DNA of 64,000 nt. It comes from an uncultured Alphaproteobacteria bacterium (lineage in GTDB: Bacteria > Pseudomonadota > Alphaproteobacteria > HIMB59 > GCA-002718135). Positions 56,398-64,000 of the stretch are shown piece by piece. The notes beneath the pieces were generated by a model, which worked only from the letters and a program-made list of their open reading frames with translations, was not told where the DNA came from and made no database searches. Position numbers and translations under genes: made by a program. The stretch is from positions 23,117-87,116 of the forward strand of contig CABXWB010000006.1 in NCBI GenBank assembly GCA_902515745.1, given 5' to 3'. Numbering within the stretch: position 1 is the first letter of the stretch; each line of letters opens with the position of its first letter.

Positions 56398-59070
56398 ATG
56401 AATTCAAATCAGATTAGGTCAACATTTCTCAATTATTTTAAAAAAAATGGACATGAGGTTATTCATTCTAGTTCTCTAGTACCAGATAATGACCCTACTC
56501 TAATGTTTGCTAACTCTGGAATGGTGCAATTTAAAAATATTTTTACAGGTAAAGAGATAAGAGATTATAACAGAGCAACTACTGCTCAAAAATGTGTAAG
56601 AGCAGGTGGTAAGCACAATGATTTAGAAAATGTAGGATATACAACAAGACACCATACTTTTTTTGAAATGTTAGGTAATTTTTCTTTTGGAGATTATTTT
56701 AAAGAGCTGGCCATAGAACTAGCTTGGAATCTAATTACTAAAGAATATTCAATAAATAAAGATAGACTATTAGTAACTGTTTATTCTGATGATCAGGAAG
56801 CTTTTGATTTATGGAAAAAAATAGCTGGTTTGTCTGAAAATAAAATTATTAAAATTAGTACATCTGATAATTTTTGGTCAATGGGTGAAACTGGTCCTTG
56901 TGGTCCATGTTCTGAAATATTTTATGATCATGGTGATAAATACGAAGGAGGTCCTCCAGGCTCTCCAAACGAAGATGGTGATAGATTTATAGAAATATGG
57001 AATTTAGTATTTATGCAATTTGAGCAAATATCTAAATCTGAGAGAATAAATCTTCCAAAACCCTCAATTGATACTGGGATGGGATTAGAGAGAATTACAG
57101 CTCTTCTAGATGGTTCTAACGATAATTATTCAACAGATTTATTTCAACCGATTATAAATGAGTCAACAAAACTATGTGGCGATGAAAGTTCAATAACAAA
57201 TCCTAGTCACAGAGTAATTGCAGATCACTTAAAATCTTCCTCTTTTTTAATTGCTGATGGAGTCATGCCTTCAAATGAAGGGAGAGGATACGTTTTACGA
57301 AGAATAATGAGAAGGGGAATGCGACACGCTCATTCTTTAGGTAATAAAGAGCCTGTATTTCATAAGCTGTTACCTATTTTTTTAGATGGAATTAAAAATT
57401 CATATCCTGAATTAGATAGAGCAAAAGATCTCATTACTAATACATTAATGAATGAAGAAACTAAATTCAAAGAAACTGTTGAAAAAGGAATAAAAATTTT
57501 AGATGAAGAAATTTCTAACTCAACAAATATATTTAATGGAGAAGTAGCATTTAAATTATACGATACCTATGGATTTCCATTAGATTTAACTCAAGATTAT
57601 TTGAAAAGTAAAAATATTGAAGTCGATATAAAAACATTTGAACAAAAAATGTTAGATCAAAAGGAAAGAGCCAGACAAAGCTGGAAAGGTACAGGAGATA
57701 TCGAGGATGAAGGCATTTGGTTTGAAATAACTTCTAAAATAGAGCCAACAGAATTTTTAGGATATTCAGATATGGAAGCTGATTGCAAAATAATTTCAAT
57801 CATATCAGAAAGTAAGTCAGTAGATAATATTAAAAAAGATCAAGAAGCAATTATAATATTAAATCAAACACCTTTTTATGGAGAAAGTGGTGGTCAGGTG
57901 GGTGATCAGGGTTTTTTTGAAAATGATAACTTTAAGTTTGAAGTTATCAATACAACAAAAATATTTGGAAACTATTTTCTTCACAAAGGTAAAGTAATTA
58001 GTGGTGAATGCGAAGTTGAAGATACCATTAAAGCAAGCATTAATACAGTGAATAGAGATTTTATTAAATATAATCATTCATCAACTCATTTATTACATGC
58101 TGCTCTAAGAGAAATACTGGGCAAGCATGTTACGCAGAAGGGTTCACTTGTAAATTCAGAAAAACTCAGATTTGATTTTAGTCACAATAATCCAATTGAA
58201 AAAGATCAACTCATAAAAGTTGAAGAAATTGTAAATGATCAAATTCAAAAAAATGGAATTGTTGAAATTAAAATTGTTGATCAAAAAAAAGCTATTGAAG
58301 AAGGTGCGATGGCATTATTTGGAGAAAAATATAGCGATGAAGTAAGAGTAGTAACAATGGGTCAAGAAAATGAACCATTCTTTTCAAAAGAATTATGTGG
58401 AGGAACTCATGTTGTTAAATTAGGGGAAATAAGTAAATTTAAAATAACTAATCAATCTAGTGTTGCGTCTGGAATAAGAAGAATAGAGGCTGTATCTAAT
58501 GTTGCAGTAGATAAATATATCAAAGAAATAGAAAGAAATTTATTAGAAAAAAATAAAAACCAAGATAATCAAATTGAAGATTTAAAGAATAAAATTAAAA
58601 AGATTAATGCTGATTATAATTTTAAAAATCAATCTGAAGATAAAGGTTTATTAATTAAAGAATTAATCCAGATACACGAAAAATTAAAACAAAATATGTC
58701 TATATCAAAAAATATTGATAATATTGTTGTAAAAAAAATCAAAGAATTAAATTTTATATACTTGATTGCTGAAGATTACCCTAATAAATCTTTGAAAACA
58801 TTTATTGATGAGCAAAAAAAACAATATAATAAAAATAGTGTTTCGTTAATAATTTCAAATAATGAAAACAAACTATCTATAGTGTTAGGAGTTACAGAAG
58901 ATATTACAGATCTTTTTGATGCCTCAAAAGAAATAAGAGAAATTTCTATTATTCTAGGTGGAAAGGGCGGGGGTGGTAGAAAAGATCTTGCTCAAGGAGG
59001 AGGATCAGATGTCAGTCAAATTAATGAAAGTATAAAATATATAGAAGATAAATTAAATTCTATTAGTTAA
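56398..59070 (+). CDS. alaS: Alanine--tRNA ligase
   Basis: [23 protein letters not shown], HxxxH, ELCGGTH and GGKGGG motifs. Confidence 0.98.
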   Translation: MNSNQIRSTFLNYFKKNGHEVIHSSSLVPDNDPTLMFANSGMVQFKNIFTGKEIRDYNRATTAQKCVRAGGKHNDLENVGYTTRHHTFFEMLGNFSFGDYFKELAIELAWNLITKEYSINKDRLLVTVYSDDQEAFDLWKKIAGLSENKIIKISTSDNFWSMGETGPCGPCSEIFYDHGDKYEGGPPGSPNEDGDRFIEIWNLVFMQFEQISKSERINLPKPSIDTGMGLERITALLDGSNDNYSTDLFQPIINESTKLCGDESSITNPSHRVIADHLKSSSFLIADGVMPSNEGRGYVLRRIMRRGMRHAHSLGNKEPVFHKLLPIFLDGIKNSYPELDRAKDLITNTLMNEETKFKETVEKGIKILDEEISNSTNIFNGEVAFKLYDTYGFPLDLTQDYLKSKNIEVDIKTFEQKMLDQKERARQSWKGTGDIEDEGIWFEITSKIEPTEFLGYSDMEADCKIISIISESKSVDNIKKDQEAIIILNQTPFYGESGGQVGDQGFFENDNFKFEVINTTKIFGNYFLHKGKVISGECEVEDTIKASINTVNRDFIKYNHSSTHLLHAALREILGKHVTQKGSLVNSEKLRFDFSHNNPIEKDQLIKVEEIVNDQIQKNGIVEIKIVDQKKAIEEGAMALFGEKYSDEVRVVTMGQENEPFFSKELCGGTHVVKLGEISKFKITNQSSVASGIRRIEAVSNVAVDKYIKEIERNLLEKNKNQDNQIEDLKNKIKKINADYNFKNQSEDKGLLIKELIQIHEKLKQNMSISKNIDNIVVKKIKELNFIYLIAEDYPNKSLKTFIDEQKKQYNKNSVSLIISNNENKLSIVLGVTEDITDLFDASKEIREISIILGGKGGGGRKDLAQGGGSDVSQINESIKYIEDKLNSIS

Positions 59071-60271
59071 TTTGAAAATTATTTTTTATTGCGCTTAAAA
59101 AATCTTGAGTGTTTAACCATTTCTTATCTTTATTAATTAATATTGCTAAATCTTTTGTCATTTCACCGCTTTCTACAGTTTTAATACACGTTTTTTCCAA
59201 TTTTTTAGCAAAATTTATTAATTCATTATTACCATCAAATTCTCCTCTAAAACTTAAACCTCTTGTCCAAGCAAAAATTGATGCAATTGGATTAGTTGAA
59301 GTTTCTATACCTTTCTGATGATTTCTATAATGTCTTGTAACAGTTCCATGTGCAGCTTCAGCTTCTACTGTTTTACCATCTGGGGTCATTAACACACTTG
59401 TCATTAAACCTAGTGATCCAAATCCTTGAGCTACAGAATCTGATTGAACATCTCCATCATAATTTTTACAAGCCCAAATAAAATTACCTTCCCATTTTAA
59501 TGCAGATGCCACCATATCATCGATTAATCTGTGTTCATAAACTATATCTTTTTCTTTAAACTTATTTTTAAATTCTGTATCATATACATCCTGAAATAAA
59601 TCTTTAAATCTTCCATCATAGATTTTTAAAATAGTATTTTTAGTAGAAAGGTAAACTGGCCAACCAAGGTTAAGTCCATAATTAAAACAAGCTCTAGCAA
59701 AGTCTTTAATTGAATTATCTAAATTATACATTGATAGGGCTACACCAGATTTTTCAAATTCATATACATCTTTTGTAAATCCTTCAGATCCATCTTTAGG
59801 TTCAAAAACCATTTTAAGTGTTCCTGGTTTATTAATTAACGTGTCAGTCGCTCTATATTGATCACCAAAGGCATGTCTAGCAACTACAATTGGATGGTTC
59901 CAGTTTGTGATTATTCTTGGAACATTCTTGCATATAATTGGCTGCCTAAATATAGTTCCTCCCAATATATTTCTTATTGTTCCATTGGGAGAACGCCACA
60001 TTTGTTTTAATTTAAATTCCTCTACTCGATTTTCATCAGGAGTAATTGTTGCACATTTTATTCCTACGCTATATTTTTTTACAGCCTCAGCAGCATCTAT
60101 TGTGATTTGATCATTTGTTTCATCTCTTTTAATCACTCCAAGATCAAAATATTTGATATCTATATCAAGATAAGGCAAAATTAATTGTTCTTTGATGTAC
60201 TCCCAGATGATTCTGGTCATTTCATCTCCATCCATTTCAACTACAGGGTTTTTAACTTTTATTTTTGCCAT
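59063..60271 (-). CDS. icd: NADP-dependent isocitrate dehydrogenase
   Basis: [23 protein letters not shown] and [10 protein letters not shown] motifs. Confidence 0.97.
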   Translation of the reverse strand: MAKIKVKNPVVEMDGDEMTRIIWEYIKEQLILPYLDIDIKYFDLGVIKRDETNDQITIDAAEAVKKYSVGIKCATITPDENRVEEFKLKQMWRSPNGTIRNILGGTIFRQPIICKNVPRIITNWNHPIVVARHAFGDQYRATDTLINKPGTLKMVFEPKDGSEGFTKDVYEFEKSGVALSMYNLDNSIKDFARACFNYGLNLGWPVYLSTKNTILKIYDGRFKDLFQDVYDTEFKNKFKEKDIVYEHRLIDDMVASALKWEGNFIWACKNYDGDVQSDSVAQGFGSLGLMTSVLMTPDGKTVEAEAAHGTVTRHYRNHQKGIETSTNPIASIFAWTRGLSFRGEFDGNNELINFAKKLEKTCIKTVESGEMTKDLAILINKDKKWLNTQDFLSAIKNNFQIN

Positions 60272-60810
60272 TTAATTAATATATTTTTTAATTGATCAAC
60301 CGTATCTATAATGTGAAAACTGTTTTGTAAATTTTTATTTGAAAATTTTTCATCTTCAAAAAATTTAAATTGTTGAAATAAATTATCCCAGAAATTATTT
60401 TTATTAAAAAATATTATTGGCTTGTTATGAATCCCCATTATTTTCCAAGATACAACTTCTACTATTTCTTCCAAAGTTCCTGTTCCTCCTGGTAATGCTA
60501 AATACGCATCACCTAACTCAAAGAGTAACTTTTTTCTTTCAGACATATTATCCACTATTTTTAACTCATCTATATTTTCAAAAATTATTTCTCTCTCAGA
60601 TAAAAAATTTGGAATTACTCCAATAACTCTATTTTTAAATTTTTTTGCTGTCTTAGCAACCACGCCCATAATACCAACTTTTGCTCCGCCATAGACTATA
60701 TTTATTTTAAATGATGATATTAATTTGCTAATTTCTTCTGCATCTTGATAATATTTATTACTTAATTTATCTGAAGATGAACAATAAATAGTAATTGATT
60801 TAATTGTCAT
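60259..60810 (-). CDS. LOG family nucleotide monophosphate nucleosidase
   Basis: VYGG...G.MG, M.ERK and LPGG.GTLEE motifs. Confidence 0.9.
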   Translation of the reverse strand: MTIKSITIYCSSSDKLSNKYYQDAEEISKLISSFKINIVYGGAKVGIMGVVAKTAKKFKNRVIGVIPNFLSEREIIFENIDELKIVDNMSERKKLLFELGDAYLALPGGTGTLEEIVEVVSWKIMGIHNKPIIFFNKNNFWDNLFQQFKFFEDEKFSNKNLQNSFHIIDTVDQLKNILIKWQK

Positions 60811-60836
60811 ACATTTAAAAGTTTATTTAAAAAAAT

Positions 60837-63800
60837 TTAATTAGAAATTTTTTTCTTATACCAATTCTTCATGTTTTCTCTAAACATTAAAGCAGATGGT
60901 GTAACAACCAATGTAAGGAATGTTGCAAATAGAAGTCCAAATACTATAGCTGTTGATAATTGAACCCACCACTGAGTATCTGGTGATCCTCTTGTTATTT
61001 CTCTAGATATAAAGTCAACATTTGTCATTGTTACCATAGGTAATAAACCCAATACTGTTGTAGTTGTTGTAAGTAAAACTGGTCTCAGTCTCTGCGCCCC
61101 TGTTTTGATAATAGCTTCTCTGATATTTGATGTTTTAGTCTTTAAAAAATCAAATGTATCAATCAATATAATATTATTATTTACCACTATACCTGCGAGA
61201 GCAATAACACCAACTCCTGTCATAACGATACCAAATGGCTGTGCTGTTACCATTAAACCTATAAACACACCTGCTGTAGACATTACTACTGCAAAAAGAA
61301 TTAAGAATGCACTATAAAAACTATTAAACTGCAAGAGAAGTATCATTAGCATTAAAAATAAAGCTACACCAAAAGCTCCTGTTAGAAATTCTTGTGCTTC
61401 TTTTTGGTCTTCATTTTCTCCAATAAGTTCAGCCCTTACTTTGTTATCTAAATCATAACGAGGTAAATCTAATGTTCTTCCTCTCCAAGACGGAGCAGTA
61501 TCTGAAATTCCTAATACGTATTCAAGTTCTTTTACTTTTCCATCAGGATAAGTTCCAGGCTCTACATCTGCTTGAATATTTATAGCATTTTTTGAATCGA
61601 CTCTAATTATATTTCCTGTTCTGCTATTTGGAACAATTTCTACAAAATTTGATATTGGGACTAAACCATTTGAAGTAATTACTCTTAAGTTATCAATTCT
61701 ATCCAATGTTCTTCCTTCGTTTGGATAACGAAGATAAAGTGGTATACTTTCATTACTATCATCAGGTCTATATTCACCAAGTTTAAGACCGTTTGTTGCA
61801 AGTTTAATAACATTACCAATTGATGTAATGTTAGCTCCAAATTTAGAAGCTTGTTTTCTATCTACATTAATTTCCCATTCTATACCAGGTGCTGGTAAAT
61901 TATCCTCTACATTCATTAACTTTGGATAACTATCCATAAATTTTTTAAGCTTAATTCCTTCAGCAATTAAAAGTTGTTTATTATCACTGGTTAATTTAAT
62001 ATTTATTGGTTTACCTTCACCAGGACCACCTTGTTGTTCTCTTGATTCTACTTTGATTCCATTTATAGTTTTTGTGGCTTCCAAAATTTCTGCTAGAATT
62101 ACTTTTGATTTTCTTCTTTTATTCCAATCTGTATATTCCAAACTTATTGATCCAATAAAGTCTTCTGATGCCTCTGATTGTTCACTTACATTTCCACTTA
62201 AAGAATAAATATTTTTAAATTCTTGCCTTTCTGATTGAAGCTTTAAAATTATATTCTCAACTCTTGATACGTAACCTTTTTTTTCTTCAACAGAGAGATT
62301 ACCTCTTGCAAAAACTACGATTTTTGCAAGATCTGGTTCAACATCTGGGAAAAATTCTACACCTTCTCCAACCTGAGTATAGGTATAGTTTACAGCAACT
62401 AATATTACTAAAGCACTAATCATCACCTTTAAAGGATGAAATAATAAGAAGTTTAATACTTTTGCATAAAATCCAACGAAACCAGTTACGTTTAAAACAG
62501 GTTCATTTGATTCTGATGATAAGATTTTTGCATTTTTAGATACTAATTTATCTGTAGAATTTACATTTTCTGAAATTTTATAAACCCTTGGTATAATTCT
62601 TATAAATACAAATATAAATAAAGCAAAGCTTAGTAAATATTTTCCAATTGTTATAAATAAACTAAATCCTTGAAGGTCTAATAATCCAAATCCATAAGAT
62701 AACAGATTGTAAAAAATTAATGATATTAGTAATGGTACAATAAATTGTAGAAGTATTCTTGATACAGTATTTAGAATAGATCCTAAAACTGGGACAAACA
62801 GTAGTGCCATAAACAAAGAAGAAATAAGAACACATATAAGTGTTATAGGTAAATATTTCATAAATTCACCAGCTATACCAGGCCAGAATATTAATGGTAA
62901 AAAGGCAGCTAGGGTAGTTGCAGTCGATGATATAATTGGTAGTGACATTTTTTTTGATGCATTTGCGAAAGCATCTTTTACACTAAGACCTTCTTTCATT
63001 TTTCTATCTGCATATTCAACAACAACAATTGCTCCATCGACTAATAGTCCAACAGATAAAATTAGAGCAAATAATACGACTATATTAATAGTAAAACCCA
63101 TTACAGAAAGAGCTAATAAGCCTGATAAAAATGATCCTGGAATAGATACACCAACTAATAAACCGGACCTAACGCCTAATGCTCCTAAAATAATAATTAA
63201 AACAAGGATTATAGCTGCTATGACATTATTTTGCAGACTATTTAACATAGTTTTAATGCCTTTTGATTGATCATTTCCAAAAGAAATTTCAACATTTTCA
63301 GGAAAACTTTTAGCAGTAATTGCAGTTATTCTTTTTACTTCTTCAATAGTATTAATGATATTTTCACCAATTCTTTTAGAAACATCAATAGTTATTGAAT
63401 TAGATCCATTTACATTTGCATAAGATTGCCTATCTTCGAATGTTCTTTTAACTTCAGCAATATCTCTGAAAGTAATAACTGAATCTCCGTTAGTTTTAAC
63501 AGGAGTATTTAATACATCTTCAATAGTTTCGTATAAACCTGGAACTTTAATATCAAAACTTCCATCACCAGTGTCCTGACCACCAGCTGATACCATTTTA
63601 TTATTTTCTCTAACAATATTAATAAGGCTCTCAAGATTGATGCCATAGCTATCTACTGCAGTTGGATTAATTAATATGTCAACCTGCTCATTTCTTTTAC
63701 CACCTATTTTTGCTTCTAAAACACTAGGAATTGTTTCTATATCATCTTGCAAAATGTCAGCTAAATCCTGAAGAGTTCTATTAGGCACATCTCCGCTTAA

Positions 63801-64000
63801 AGAAATGGATAAGATAGGAAATGTACTTATGTTAACTTCGTTAACTGTTGGTTCATCTGCTTCACTAGGTAGATCACCCTTAGCTCTATCAACTTTATCC
63901 CTAATATCAACCATAGCTTGATCAGAATCAAATCCAGCATCAAATTCTAATAAAACATTGCCTCCACCTGAATAAGCTGTTGATCTTACTTCTCTTACTC
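60837..64000 (-). CDS. AcrB/AcrD/AcrF-family RND permease (5' end outside window)
   Basis: Frame stays open to the window edge; GLLVDGAIVVVE, GEFM, RLRPVLLT and LVVTP motifs. Confidence 0.93.
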   Translation of the reverse strand, partial: VREVRSTAYSGGGNVLLEFDAGFDSDQAMVDIRDKVDRAKGDLPSEADEPTVNEVNISTFPILSISLSGDVPNRTLQDLADILQDDIETIPSVLEAKIGGKRNEQVDILINPTAVDSYGINLESLINIVRENNKMVSAGGQDTGDGSFDIKVPGLYETIEDVLNTPVKTNGDSVITFRDIAEVKRTFEDRQSYANVNGSNSITIDVSKRIGENIINTIEEVKRITAITAKSFPENVEISFGNDQSKGIKTMLNSLQNNVIAAIILVLIIILGALGVRSGLLVGVSIPGSFLSGLLALSVMGFTINIVVLFALILSVGLLVDGAIVVVEYADRKMKEGLSVKDAFANASKKMSLPIISSTATTLAAFLPLIFWPGIAGEFMKYLPITLICVLISSLFMALLFVPVLGSILNTVSRILLQFIVPLLISLIFYNLLSYGFGLLDLQGFSLFITIGKYLLSFALFIFVFIRIIPRVYKISENVNSTDKLVSKNAKILSSESNEPVLNVTGFVGFYAKVLNFLLFHPLKVMISALVILVAVNYTYTQVGEGVEFFPDVEPDLAKIVVFARGNLSVEEKKGYVSRVENIILKLQSERQEFKNIYSLSGNVSEQSEASEDFIGSISLEYTDWNKRRKSKVILAEILEATKTINGIKVESREQQGGPGEGKPINIKLTSDNKQLLIAEGIKLKKFMDSYPKLMNVEDNLPAPGIEWEINVDRKQASKFGANITSIGNVIKLATNGLKLGEYRPDDSNESIPLYLRYPNEGRTLDRIDNLRVITSNGLVPISNFVEIVPNSRTGNIIRVDSKNAINIQADVEPGTYPDGKVKELEYVLGISDTAPSWRGRTLDLPRYDLDNKVRAELIGENEDQKEAQEFLTGAFGVALFLMLMILLLQFNSFYSAFLILFAVVMSTAGVFIGLMVTAQPFGIVMTGVGVIALAGIVVNNNIILIDTFDFLKTKTSNIREAIIKTGAQRLRPVLLTTTTTVLGLLPMVTMTNVDFISREITRGSPDTQWWVQLSTAIVFGLLFATFLTLVVTPSALMFRENMKNWYKKKISN

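Noticed and set aside
1060-61317. Numerous short antisense or alternate-frame ORFs in the track (e.g. 7183-7503, 22981-23370, 35681-36061, 53923-54306)
   Set aside because: They lie within well-supported genes and have no recognisable motifs; they are shadow ORFs
1-64000. CRISPR arrays, transposases, prophage or defence genes, frameshifted pseudogenes
   Set aside because: Almost all sequence is accounted for by intact metabolic/core ORFs; no regularly spaced repeats or split genes were seen by eye

Overview
Gene-dense, very AT-rich chromosome segment (roughly 28-30% GC by eye, not computed) of a streamlined marine alphaproteobacterium, Pelagibacterales/SAR11-like or a similar lineage. This assignment is inferred from dmdA-like, ntrX-trkA, GAAC-N7-GAAC SOS boxes and near-zero spacers. 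Core genes flank the window: ntrX/trkA/dat/msrB on the left; tsaC, glmU, DAHP synthase, nadE, gltX, cimA, rpsD, purB, map, tRNA-Leu, moaA, dksA, recA, alaS, icd and an RND pump on the right. Between them (about 6.8-38.3 kb) lies a ~31 kb catabolic region for methylated osmolytes and polyamines. It holds (i) a tight six-gene operon around a divergent DmdA paralog, with an alpha-hydroxy-acid oxidase, an atypical ThDP enzyme, a non-canonical transthyretin-like protein, OsmC and a crotonase, preceded by a second GcvT-fold protein, a homocysteine S-methyltransferase and a Tat-exported family-5 binding protein; (ii) an ScfR/RamB regulator facing an unannotated 59-aa ORF across mirror-image operator-like repeats; (iii) carnitine catabolism genes with an orphan HD-domain diiron oxygenase-like gene; (iv) an agmatine/putrescine uptake and gamma-glutamylation cluster. 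I saw no CRISPR, integrase, transposase, prophage or rRNA. All family assignments come from motif recognition, not database searches.
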